This document shows, one piece after another, positions 1 through 7,683 of a DNA stretch of 38,315 bases; position 1 is the stretch's first letter, and every line of letters begins with the position of its first letter. The DNA lies in the IMG/VR virus record IMGVR_UViG_3300034032_000020, positions 1 to 38,315 of that record; one strand, written 5' to 3'. Made by a program: the position numbers and the translations under genes. The stretch is from a virus. Taxonomy: Duplodnaviria; Caudoviricetes. The notes under the pieces were generated by a model. It worked only from the letters and a program-made list of their open reading frames with translations. It had not been told where the DNA came from and ran no database searches.

Positions 1-14
1 GGGAGACAAGGAAA

Positions 15-28
15 TGGCGGAGAGGGTG
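15..28. repeat. att core (left copy) TGGCGGAGAGGGTG
   Basis: Identical to 38189-38202, the 3' end (CACCCTCTCCGCCA) of tRNA-Ser. Confidence 0.92.
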
Positions 29-80
29 TCTATCGAACTTCATGGCTAACCCCTTAAAAACGTTGGTAGTGCTTGAGGGC

Positions 81-112
81 TGGGGGTGGCGATACCCCCA
101 CGGGCACCCCCA
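81..112. promoter_or_regulatory. Putative integrase arm-type binding sites, left end (three ACCCCCA-core motifs)
   Basis: tgggggtggc (81-90, inverted), gataccccca (91-100), ggcaccccca (103-112); the same motif recurs three times at 38033-38075. Confidence 0.7.
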
Positions 113-129
113 GCTCGGAATGCAGGCGG

Positions 130-154
130 AAAAAAAGCGGGGATTAGCCCCGCT
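130..154 (-). terminator. Rho-independent terminator ending the early leftward operon
   Basis: Minus strand AGCGGGG-CTAAT-CCCCGCT followed by a T run, overlapping the alpA stop. Confidence 0.8.
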
Positions 155-347
155 GGTTGGTGGCAACCGGAAGGCGCTTGGCCTTCCATGTCTCGAGGTC
201 GGACCTCCACCAGCCCACGCATCGCGGACTGAGGAGGTGACGCTTCGGAAATTCGCCCTTCTTTTCGAGGCGATCTATGGTCTGGCGGCTGAGGCCGATC
301 TCCGCCTTGACCTGGGGCAGGCGGAGAAACTGATCTGCGTTACTCAT
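144..347 (-). CDS. alpA: AlpA-family HTH regulator / probable excisionase (recombination directionality factor)
   Basis: FLRLPQVKAEIGLSRQTIDRLEKKGEFPKRHLLSPRCVGW is the AlpA signature; adjacent to att. Confidence 0.9.
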   Translation of the reverse strand: MSNADQFLRLPQVKAEIGLSRQTIDRLEKKGEFPKRHLLSPRCVGWWRSDLETWKAKRLPVATNQRG

Positions 348-356
348 GGGCGGCTC

Positions 357-521
357 TCACTTGCGCGACGGGAGGAGCGGCGCCGGCGGCAGAGGCGTCG
401 GCGGGAAGGGAAGCAGGATTTGGAAGCGGTAGAAGTGGGCGGCCCACGCCGCCGGCTGGCTGGCGCCGACGTCGCCGCACGTGCATCGGCCGCCGTAGTA
501 CCAGTCGCATTCGCCGCTCAT
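357..521 (-). CDS. Small hypothetical protein (54 aa, MSGECDWYYGGRCTC...), below ORF-track cutoff
   Basis: ATGA overlap with the upstream 35-aa ORF; alternative to track ORF 340..687. Confidence 0.35.
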   Translation of the reverse strand: MSGECDWYYGGRCTCGDVGASQPAAWAAHFYRFQILLPFPPTPLPPAPLLPSRK

Positions 522-625
522 CCGAAGAGGAGGAGACCCGTGCTGGCGAGGATGGCGACCAGGATGGCTGCGCCCTTAAGCGCGAGGCCGATCGCGTCAG
601 GGCAAGCGGTGGAGCGACGGGACAT
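518..625 (-). CDS. Small single-TM protein (35 aa, MSRRSTACPDAIGLALKGAAILVAILASTGLLLFG)
   Basis: GAAAGGA RBS before the ATG; hydrophobic C-terminal helix. Confidence 0.5.
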   Translation of the reverse strand: MSRRSTACPDAIGLALKGAAILVAILASTGLLLFG

Positions 626-683
626 GCGGGATTCCTTTCGTGTGGGTTGGCGTGGGTGCAGGAACAGCGAGGCGGCGGGGCCG

Positions 684-2378
684 TCATTCGGCCAGCCCCA
701 TCAGCGTGGGGTTGAGGCGGAGCTTCTTGCCTTCGACTTCGATCATGCCGGCGCTTCGGAGGCGGCTGATGTACGTGCCGAACGTGCCGCCATCGGCGGC
801 CATGTTAAGGACGTCGGCGAGGTTGGCGCGGATCGTGAAGGCGGGGTAGCGCTCGATCAGCGCCTCGACCACGCGAGCGACGCCGGAGATCTTCTTCCCC
901 CAGAAGCGGGCGAGCTCAGGGCCGGGCGCATGGAACGGGCCGAGTTCCTCCGTGCCGAAGACAGCGTCGGCCGTGTCGCTCGGCCACCACTTGCCGTCGA
1001 TCTCGCGGACCAGGCCTGCCCGGGTGAGTGCGCTCTTGTAGGTGCCCCACGTTCCCCCTTTGCGGGAGAAGCCGGCTACCCATGCCCATTGCTGCTCGGT
1101 CAGGCCGTACCTGCACACGACCAGGGCGGCGAGCGCCTTGCGGCCGCGGACCTGGTCGGCATCGCCTTGGCTCGCGCTAGAGGTTGCGGAGGAGGCGCTT
1201 TTCCCGTGGCGCTTGCCCGACGCCGGCGCCTCCCCCTCGCCGGCATCGGGCGACCGCGCGAGGGGAGCGCGTCCGTCGCCGGCAGCGCCGGCGTGATCGA
1301 TTCCTGTATGCGGCGGCTCCTCGAGCAGGGCAGCGATCGCCGCGCCGATGCGGCGAAGCCCGTCCTCCACCACGGCCACCCTGCCCTCTGCCAGCGCGGC
1401 GCGGGTGGCCGCAACGGACAGCGCGTCCTCGAGCTCGAGGTTGCGCGCCGTCTTCGCGGCGAGGAGGGGAAGCGACCTGTCTGGGATGCCTGTGGCGATC
1501 TCCCTTGCCGTCGCTCCAGTCGGCTTCTTCAGAGCGGCCGCGATCGCGGAGACGTCAATCTGGCTGAGCATCTTCGGCTCGCGCCGGCTTTCGCCTGGGC
1601 CGGGCGTGCGGCTGCTGTCGAAGGTTGTGGGGAGGGGCGACTCGCCGAGCTCGAGGATCCGCGCCCGGGGGCGGTAGAGGTAGCGCTCGCCGACCTTAAG
1701 CGTCGGCATTCGGGCCATCAGCTCGTCATAGTCCTGCTTGGTGCCCTGGCGCTTCACCAGGGCGCCGAAGGCATTGATGTCGGCGGCGATGGTCAGCTGG
1801 TGGGCGAAGAAGGTTTGCGCCTGGGAGAGCGCTGCCTTGGCGACGTCGGCCGGGCGCTGGGTGATCATCGAAAGCACGAAGCCGTCCGAGCGGCCGCGCT
1901 TTGCAATCCAGATCATGTCCTCGACCAGGCGGAAGTGCGTGTCGTCCTGGATGCCACCCTTCTCGGGTATGTCCTCATCCGCCTCATCGTTGACGAGCTG
2001 GAAGTGACCGGCGGGCTTGGAGCGGATGCTGGCGATGAAACCCTGCATGAAGATGCGCTGCTCGGCGCCGGTGCGGAGTGCGGACAGATCCACGATCGCC
2101 GAGACGCCGTCGCCGACGATTCGGCCGATCGCCTCGCCGTCGCCGGCGCCGATCGCGACGTCGCCGCGGCGGCCGCCGAAGACGGGAATGTCGAAGCCCG
2201 GCCCGGTACCGGCACGATCGGAGCGCAGCCCGTACCAGATGCCGGTGTGATCGATGATCGCGGTGTGGCGCTTCTGGCGCAGCAGCTCCTCGACGTCGCC
2301 GCGCGCGGTGGTGCTTTTGCCCGAGCCGCTGGAGCCGATGTAGGCACGATGCTCATCCAGATAGGCGCGGTCAGCCAT
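684..2378 (-). CDS. HerA/FtsK-superfamily (DUF87-like) P-loop ATPase with C-terminal tandem winged-helix repeats
   Basis: Walker A GSSGSGKST, Walker B LVNDEAD, HerA-type ITQRPA motif; two repeats GGTWGTYKSALTRAGLV / GGTFGTYISRLRSAGMI. Confidence 0.85.
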   Translation of the reverse strand: MADRAYLDEHRAYIGSSGSGKSTTARGDVEELLRQKRHTAIIDHTGIWYGLRSDRAGTGPGFDIPVFGGRRGDVAIGAGDGEAIGRIVGDGVSAIVDLSALRTGAEQRIFMQGFIASIRSKPAGHFQLVNDEADEDIPEKGGIQDDTHFRLVEDMIWIAKRGRSDGFVLSMITQRPADVAKAALSQAQTFFAHQLTIAADINAFGALVKRQGTKQDYDELMARMPTLKVGERYLYRPRARILELGESPLPTTFDSSRTPGPGESRREPKMLSQIDVSAIAAALKKPTGATAREIATGIPDRSLPLLAAKTARNLELEDALSVAATRAALAEGRVAVVEDGLRRIGAAIAALLEEPPHTGIDHAGAAGDGRAPLARSPDAGEGEAPASGKRHGKSASSATSSASQGDADQVRGRKALAALVVCRYGLTEQQWAWVAGFSRKGGTWGTYKSALTRAGLVREIDGKWWPSDTADAVFGTEELGPFHAPGPELARFWGKKISGVARVVEALIERYPAFTIRANLADVLNMAADGGTFGTYISRLRSAGMIEVEGKKLRLNPTLMGLAE

Positions 2379-2655
2379 CGATCAGGTCCCTTAGCTGCAG
2401 CTTGCGGTTCGCTTCGGGGGCGTCGCCGTTATCAAGGCCCGCAGCGAAGTTCGTCGCGGCATGGACCATCGCCGCTTCGGCGGTCGGCGCGAACGCGTAC
2501 CAAACTTGGCGGCCGATCTTGGCCGCATATCGGTGATCAGAGTCGAAGCCGCTGGATGTTCGAAGCAGCATGAAGCGTTCGGTTGCGGGCACCGATACGA
2601 GGAGGGTGACTAGATCGAGAAGCTCACGCTCTGAGCGCGCCGTGGGGCCTTTCAT
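2371..2655 (-). CDS. Hypothetical phage protein
   Basis: Start and stop overlap both neighbours in the operon. Confidence 0.65.
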   Translation of the reverse strand: MKGPTARSERELLDLVTLLVSVPATERFMLLRTSSGFDSDHRYAAKIGRQVWYAFAPTAEAAMVHAATNFAAGLDNGDAPEANRKLQLRDLIDG

Positions 2656-3050
2656 GCCGGCACCCGCTGCGCGACGTCGAACAGGGGGCCGTGGAAGAAG
2701 GCGGGCTGGGCTTCGTGCGGCGGCTCGGCCGGGGGCGGCGGCTCGGGGGCGAGCTGGGCGCGGAGGCGGGCGACGGCGGCGGCGAGGTCCGTGTCGCTCT
2801 GCAGCAGCGCGCCGATCCGGCGGATGCCGTGCATGACGGTGGTGTGATCACGAAAGCCGAAGTGGCGGCCGATGTGGGGCAGCGAGCAGCGGGTGAGGTC
2901 CTTGGCGAGATAGAAGGCGACCTGGCGCGGCCGCGACACGGATCGGTCGCGGCGGTCGCTTTCCAGGTCGCGCACCCGCACCCACCACTCGGCGGCGACG
3001 GCGGCCTTGATCGCGTCCATGGAGACGCGGGAGACGGGGGCTGTGGTCAC
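2652..3050 (-). CDS. Stand-alone DnaA C-terminal (domain IV, Bac_DnaA_C) DNA-binding protein
   Basis: SRPRQVAFYLAKDLTRCSLPHIGRHFGFRDHTTVMHGIRRI matches the DnaA domain IV signature. Confidence 0.9.
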   Translation of the reverse strand: MTTAPVSRVSMDAIKAAVAAEWWVRVRDLESDRRDRSVSRPRQVAFYLAKDLTRCSLPHIGRHFGFRDHTTVMHGIRRIGALLQSDTDLAAAVARLRAQLAPEPPPPAEPPHEAQPAFFHGPLFDVAQRVPA

Positions 3051-4492
3051 AGCGCAGACTCCATCTCGGCCGGGGCGCTAGGTGCTGCCTCAGGGACCTG
3101 GTCGGGCTGAAGGGCAGCGCCCTCTCCTTCGACGCTCTCGGCGGCCGCTGCCTCGGCCGCCTGGCGCTTCGCCTCGGCAGCGGCGATCGCTTCCTCGTCG
3201 ACCAGCGCCCACTCGGCTTCGTCGCGAAGCGCCTCCACCTCCTCCTTGGGAATGGTGATAAGCATGGCGACGACGAAGTTGCCCTGGTCGTCCGTGTCCA
3301 CAGCCGGAATGTAGCTGGTGGTTTTCGGCCAGTAGGTCCGGCCTTCGAACGGGGTGCCGGCGAAAGGCGGCATGGCGAGTTGAAGCGCCTTGCGCTCGAT
3401 CCGCGCCTTCAGGAGGCGCGCTTCCCGCTCTTCCTCCGTTTCCGGAACATGACCTCCGCCCGGCGCTTGCGGCACCGCCTTCACCGCGAACCGTTCGGAG
3501 AACTTGAGGCCGGAGCCGTCCGCCTCGATCTCGAAGCCGGCCACTGCACCGGCTCGATCTTCCCCCTTCGGTTCGCGGTATGTCACCTCGAAGCCCTTGG
3601 GCGCCTTGAAATCGGCCCAGATATGGCCGTGCCAGGGGCGGACCATGCCGTCGAGAAAGCCCCTCTCCTGAGCGAGGCGCTGCGCCTCGGCCGACGCTTT
3701 CTCGGCGGCCAGGGTGTCGAGGATGGCCGGATCGAGCAACTGCTCGCGCTCCTCGGCGCCGAAGAAGAGATCGGCCTCGATGCGGCCGCCGGCAGCCTGG
3801 TACGCTTCCAGACCAACATAGATTACAGCGCGATGATCGGTGGGGTAGGTGCGCGCTTTAAGCATGTCGCGGATTGTCTGGACGGCGTGGCGCCAGTTCT
3901 CAGGCTTCTTCTCCTCGGCCGCAAAAGCCCGAAGCTGCTCCTTGTGATCGGGGTGGCTGGCATAGGCTTTCGCCGCCTCGATCTTGATCCGGCCCTCGCG
4001 CAGCGCCGTCAGAATGTCGGGGGCCAGCGCAGCCAGGCGGAGACGCTGCTCGACGTGGCGGAAGGTGACGCCGAAGCGCCGGGCGCAGTTCTCGATCTGC
4101 TCCTTGCGATCGGTGATGCCGCCTTCGGCATAGCGTTCCACGATAGCTTCGAAAGCCTCCACCTCGTCGGCAGGGTTCATCGCGATCTTCTGCAGGTTCT
4201 CGGCCAAGCTCGCCTCGGTGGCGTCCTCGCGCGGCACGACCAGGACGGGCACCGGGAAGTTGCGAGCGATGGTGCGGCGGGTGACGAGCAGCTGCAGGGC
4301 GCGGTAGCGGCGGCCGCCGGCGTCGACTTCGAAGATGCCGCGATCGCCGGGCGCCTGCGAGACGACCAGGTTCTGCAGCAGCCCCTTCGATCCGATGCTG
4401 TCGGCGAGGCTTTCGATGTCCTCATCGACGTTCGTCTTGCGGACGTTGCGGGGCGAGAGGATCAGCTTGTTTAGGGGGACGGTCGTTGTCAT
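3047..4492 (-). CDS. ParB/RepB/Spo0J-family protein (plasmid-type ParB-like)
   Basis: LADSIGSKGLLQNLVV, AGGRRYRAL (GxxR motif), ASLAEN, HTH ARRFGVTFRHVEQRLRLAAL; start set to ATG 4492 with GGAG RBS. Confidence 0.88.
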   Translation of the reverse strand: MTTTVPLNKLILSPRNVRKTNVDEDIESLADSIGSKGLLQNLVVSQAPGDRGIFEVDAGGRRYRALQLLVTRRTIARNFPVPVLVVPREDATEASLAENLQKIAMNPADEVEAFEAIVERYAEGGITDRKEQIENCARRFGVTFRHVEQRLRLAALAPDILTALREGRIKIEAAKAYASHPDHKEQLRAFAAEEKKPENWRHAVQTIRDMLKARTYPTDHRAVIYVGLEAYQAAGGRIEADLFFGAEEREQLLDPAILDTLAAEKASAEAQRLAQERGFLDGMVRPWHGHIWADFKAPKGFEVTYREPKGEDRAGAVAGFEIEADGSGLKFSERFAVKAVPQAPGGGHVPETEEEREARLLKARIERKALQLAMPPFAGTPFEGRTYWPKTTSYIPAVDTDDQGNFVVAMLITIPKEEVEALRDEAEWALVDEEAIAAAEAKRQAAEAAAAESVEGEGAALQPDQVPEAAPSAPAEMESAL

Positions 4493-4496
4493 ATAA

Positions 4497-4847
4497 TCAA
4501 ATCTCCGGTGCCAAGTGGGTTGGTGCCGCGAGCGTTTCCGAGGGGCGGCATTGACGCTCCACGCCGGCATCAGACACCGGCGAGTCGGGTACAGTGGGCG
4601 GGCCGTCCCCAAAGGGGGCGGCTCGCCTTTTCGTTTGAGAGTGCGCGCGCTCCTTGCCGTTCTTAAGCAGAAGCCAAGTTAGCCAGCGCGCCTGGACATC
4701 TCCGTTGGTGCAGGTGCCTTCAAGCCACCCGGCATCCTGCATGTCGTTGAAGTCGTTCCACATGCCGGCGTTCGGCTCGACGCCAGTCAGGGTCGCCACA
4801 CAGGCGATTGTGTGCGCGCAACCCGGGTCGCGTTCGGACCAGAACAT
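4497..4847 (-). CDS. Hypothetical protein
   Basis: TGATG overlap with the gapR-like gene; 3' part runs through a structured region, so its extent is uncertain. Confidence 0.4.
   Translation of the reverse strand: MFWSERDPGCAHTIACVATLTGVEPNAGMWNDFNDMQDAGWLEGTCTNGDVQARWLTWLLLKNGKERAHSQTKRRAAPFGDGPPTVPDSPVSDAGVERQCRPSETLAAPTHLAPEI
4598..4636 (+). terminator. Plus-strand hairpin plus T tract (antisense to the early operon)
   Basis: GGCGGGCCGTCCC-CAAAG-GGGGCGGCTCGCC followed by TTTTCGTTT; its G-U pairs form only on the plus strand. Confidence 0.55.
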
Positions 4848-5089
4848 CAGCGCATCCCCAGCGCGGCGAGGTAGGTTTCGAGGATCGCCTCCTCCTGCTG
4901 ATATTCTTCCTTTTTCTTGCGGCGGATCGGGACGATCTTGCGGATTGCCTTGGTGTCGTAGCCGCGCGATTTGGCCTCACCGTAGATATCCTTGACGTCT
5001 TCCAGGAGGGCGCGCTTCTCCTCCTCCATGCGCTCGATGCGTTCGACCAGCAGGCGCAGCTCATCGGCCGCGACGGTTCCTTCAGCCAT
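4847..5089 (-). CDS. gapR: GapR / DUF2312 (UPF0335) nucleoid-associated protein homologue
   Basis: AADELRLLVERIERMEEEKRALLEDVKDIYGEAKSRGYDTKAIRKIV...EEAILETYLAALGM is the DUF2312 consensus. Confidence 0.92.
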   Translation of the reverse strand: MAEGTVAADELRLLVERIERMEEEKRALLEDVKDIYGEAKSRGYDTKAIRKIVPIRRKKKEEYQQEEAILETYLAALGMR

Positions 5090-5438
5090 GGGGCAGCTCC
5101 TTGATCATCGGTGGTGGAAAGCGGGTGAGGATCGCCGCTTGCTGAGCGGCAGTCAGATCGTCCAAGGGCGTCGTCGCCTTCAGCTCGGCAAGTTCGATGC
5201 CGGCGATCGCCGCGTCGAGCTCGGCTACCTCCGGCTGCACGTCCGGCTCGAGGCTGGATAAATCGGGCGCGCCGTCGATGACGATGCAGCCCACTTCCAG
5301 GAGCGTGTCGCGCTGGCGCCGCAGGGCAACGAGGGCAGCGCGGCCGGCGTCGAGCAGCTCAGGACCGCCCCATTCCACCAGCTGCAGGTTCTCGGCGGCC
5401 GGGGCGGTCGTCGGGGCGATCGGGGAGAGTACGTTCAC
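5082..5438 (-). CDS. Hypothetical phage protein
   Basis: Operon-coupled ORF with protein-like composition. Confidence 0.6.
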   Translation of the reverse strand: MNVLSPIAPTTAPAAENLQLVEWGGPELLDAGRAALVALRRQRDTLLEVGCIVIDGAPDLSSLEPDVQPEVAELDAAIAGIELAELKATTPLDDLTAAQQAAILTRFPPPMIKELPHG

Positions 5439-5674
5439 AGCAGCCCTCCCACCATCGCGGCGATCACGCGGACCGGGACGAGGAGCAGGGCGACGCCGGC
5501 GGCGCGCATGCCGATCGAGGTGGCCACCGCTTCAGCGGTTCGGCCGCGCCCTAGAGCGACGCGGCGGGCGATGCCGGCAACGCTGGCGGCGGGGCGGCAG
5601 AGGACGCAGGGGCAGCGCAGCGGGTGAACCGCCGGCAGCTGCAGCGCACGGCCGAGGGAAGGATCATGCCGCAT
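5435..5674 (-). CDS. Hypothetical protein with HPxxCxCxxC motif and hydrophobic C-terminus
   Basis: ATG 5674 overlaps the end of the upstream gene; MRHDPSLGRALQLPAVHPLRCPCVLCRP. Confidence 0.5.
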   Translation of the reverse strand: MRHDPSLGRALQLPAVHPLRCPCVLCRPAASVAGIARRVALGRGRTAEAVATSIGMRAAGVALLLVPVRVIAAMVGGLL

Positions 5675-6140
5675 GGCGCGCCTCCCCCTCGTTGGCGGCG
5701 GCCGGGATCGGCAACTGCGCGCTCGGATCAGGTTCGTCGGCCGGGCAGGCGGTGCAGAGCGGTTGCTTGCCTGGTACCGGCGGCGTCCACCCACAGGGGC
5801 CGGTGCGATCGACGCAAGGATCGAAGTCGCTGCAGGCGCAGACGCGGCAGATCGGGGGGAGAACCTTCGCGGGATTAGATGCGGCGATCACCAGAGCCGC
5901 AAGCACGCGCCTGTCGAAGGGGAATACACCGGGGAGCTGCTGGTAGATCAGGCCGGAATATTCGCCGGGATCGCCGGCTTCGAAGCGGCGCAGGTTGGCG
6001 CGCAGATCCGCGCGCGCCGCGGCGTCGCCGCCGACGCGGGCAGCAACGTCATCGAGCGACAGGCCGGCGGCCTCCCGGCGTTTCATGATGTAGGTGCCGG
6101 GGCTCATCGGGGGCGCCGCGGCGGGTGGGGTGTCGGGCAT
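5664..6140 (-). CDS. XRE-family HTH protein with C-terminal Cys-rich zinc finger
   Basis: PGTYIMKRREAAGLSLDDVAARV (HTH); CRVCACSDFDPC...CGW...LCTAC; AAGGA RBS. Confidence 0.8.
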   Translation of the reverse strand: MPDTPPAAAPPMSPGTYIMKRREAAGLSLDDVAARVGGDAAARADLRANLRRFEAGDPGEYSGLIYQQLPGVFPFDRRVLAALVIAASNPAKVLPPICRVCACSDFDPCVDRTGPCGWTPPVPGKQPLCTACPADEPDPSAQLPIPAAANEGEARHAA

Positions 6141-6257
6141 GATCGTCCTTTCTTCAGACAGCAGAAAGGCCTTCCCGCCGGTGGTGCGGCGGGTGGAGGC
6201 AGGGCAGGAAAGAGAATGGCTTGGGCGGCGGCGCTTCAGCGGGCGTGCCGCCGGCGC

Positions 6258-6620
6258 TTAGGAGCCGGTGGCGACCGCCTCGCTGTGCCGATCATCGTCG
6301 TTGGCGGCGATCGGCGGCACCTCCGGGCCGTGGGGGACGATGAAGGGCGCCCCCTCCCCATTGTCGTTGGCCGGGCGCGGCGCGGAATGGCGCGCCGTCA
6401 ACGGAAGGTGAACCGCCGGGTTCGGCCGCGCGCTGGGCGTGACCGTCCGGATGATCTCGAGCTGCGAGATGAATGCATGGCCGCACTCGTCATTGTCGCA
6501 GCGGTAGAGAAGCTCGCGGGCCAGAGGCGTGATCTGCGAACTCGTTCGGCAGATCGCGCGCTCCTGGCAATGCGGGCAGGCGATGGCAGGAATTCTCGGT
6601 TTCGATTTAGGACGCGGCAT
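6258..6620 (-). CDS. ogr: Ogr/Delta-like zinc-finger late-gene activator
   Basis: CPHCQERAICRTS...RELLYRCDNDECGHAF...IIRTVTPSARPNP; start set to ATG 6620. Confidence 0.92.
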   Translation of the reverse strand: MPRPKSKPRIPAIACPHCQERAICRTSSQITPLARELLYRCDNDECGHAFISQLEIIRTVTPSARPNPAVHLPLTARHSAPRPANDNGEGAPFIVPHGPEVPPIAANDDDRHSEAVATGS

Positions 6621-7144
6621 TAGTTCCCCCCCGGGGAATGGGGCATCGAAGCAACAGGCTCCTCCGCCAGCTGCACGAGCTCCCCCCGCCCCGCGCGGAG
6701 TTTTGCAAGCGTGTTCGTGTTGGCGATGATGCATTGCTCGAGCTCCCGCTCGGCGATCACCTTCAGCCTTGGATCGGCGCCGGGCACAGCCGCGGCAAGG
6801 GTAGCGGCAGCCGCCTCGCCATGCTCCTGCGCGCCGATGCCGACCGAAATAATGATGTCCGTCATATCGGTGACGGCGGCGATCGCCGCCTCGTCGATGC
6901 GAATGGCGAAGCATTGGAGAAGCGGAGAGTCTTCGCCGCCGGCTGCACGAAATTCAGTGTCGAGCCTCTCGGCCAGGTCGAGCGATATCGCCGCTCCGGC
7001 GGAGGGGCCGATGTCCGGATCGCCCCAGTTGCGTACGGCGCGCTCACCAAGCCCGGCCAGCTTAGCGACCCGAGCCCAGCCAATGCGGTCGGCGATGCGG
7101 GCAAGGGCGTTCTCGTAGGTCAGGGGCGGGCGAAGCTTGGTCAT
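6620..7144 (-). CDS. Putative CII-like phage regulatory protein
   Basis: N-terminal HTH (GWARVAKLAGLGERAVRNWGDPD), helical C-terminus (QEHGEAAAA); position downstream of cro; start ATG 7144. Confidence 0.55.
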   Translation of the reverse strand: MTKLRPPLTYENALARIADRIGWARVAKLAGLGERAVRNWGDPDIGPSAGAAISLDLAERLDTEFRAAGGEDSPLLQCFAIRIDEAAIAAVTDMTDIIISVGIGAQEHGEAAAATLAAAVPGADPRLKVIAERELEQCIIANTNTLAKLRAGRGELVQLAEEPVASMPHSPGGN

Positions 7145-7320
7145 GCGTGGAGCGCCCGCTCCAGGGCGGCGACGGCGTGGCCGGTCGGACCCTTGAGCTT
7201 GCCCGCCTCCCACAATGGGCGAAGCGCCTCAAGCAGATCGGATGCGGCGGCACGAACCGGATCGATCTCGGGGGACGAGCCCGGATCGACGGCGATGAGG
7301 TTGGACTGCCTGCCGCTCAC
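7141..7320 (-). CDS. Small hypothetical phage protein (59 aa, contains AAASDLLEAL)
   Basis: GTG start with GGGGAG RBS; ATGA overlap with the CII-like gene; not in the ORF track. Confidence 0.55.
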   Translation of the reverse strand: MSGRQSNLIAVDPGSSPEIDPVRAAASDLLEALRPLWEAGKLKGPTGHAVAALERALHA

Positions 7321-7439
7321 CTTGCCGGCTCCCCACGAAGGTTCGCGCGGCGGGCGGGCGCCCCTCCGGGGAGGAGGTTTGCGGCCCCCTCCCCTTCGGC
7401 TACAGTCGAGTTACCAAGCACGACTGAAAGGAAGCTCAC

Positions 7440-7682
7440 TTGATTTCGAGGAAGATCAGCGACGCCCACACCGTGGCGGCGGCGGCGTTGACCCAGGCCG
7501 TGGCCGCCATGCTGCCGAGGGCGGGCCAGAACGACTTCACCCAGGACGAAGCCGTCGCTGCGATCGGCCGCGTTTACGAGCAGTGCGTCGCCCTGGTGCA
7601 GAACGTCGAAGCCGAGACGGCCGCGCGCGTCGATGCCGAACTCGCCGCACAAGCGGGCGACTGGATCAACAGCATGAGGTGA
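7440..7682 (+). CDS. Hypothetical helical protein, moron oriented against the early operon
   Basis: GAAAGGAAG RBS; candidate promoter TTGCGG-N16-TACAGT at 7379-7406. Confidence 0.6.
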   Translation: MISRKISDAHTVAAAALTQAVAAMLPRAGQNDFTQDEAVAAIGRVYEQCVALVQNVEAETAARVDAELAAQAGDWINSMR

Positions 7683-7683
7683 T

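Noticed and set aside
28-154. Early operon reading across attP into int and rep after excision
   Set aside because: A clear minus-strand intrinsic terminator at 130-154 ends the operon; read-through would need antitermination, for which I see no evidence
684-2378. HerA as a Sir2-HerA / Nezha-type defence system
   Set aside because: No Sir2, NurA or nuclease partner, and the gene sits in the lytic early operon with phage-typical composition
42-2573. 843-aa plus-strand ORF and other long antisense ORFs (e.g. 3380..4474, 29347..31224, 31645..33318, 36651..38027)
   Set aside because: Shadow frames of well-supported genes in GC-rich DNA; no recognisable motifs
3047-4492. Complete ParABS partition system
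   Set aside because: No ParA-type ATPase and no obvious parS array seen
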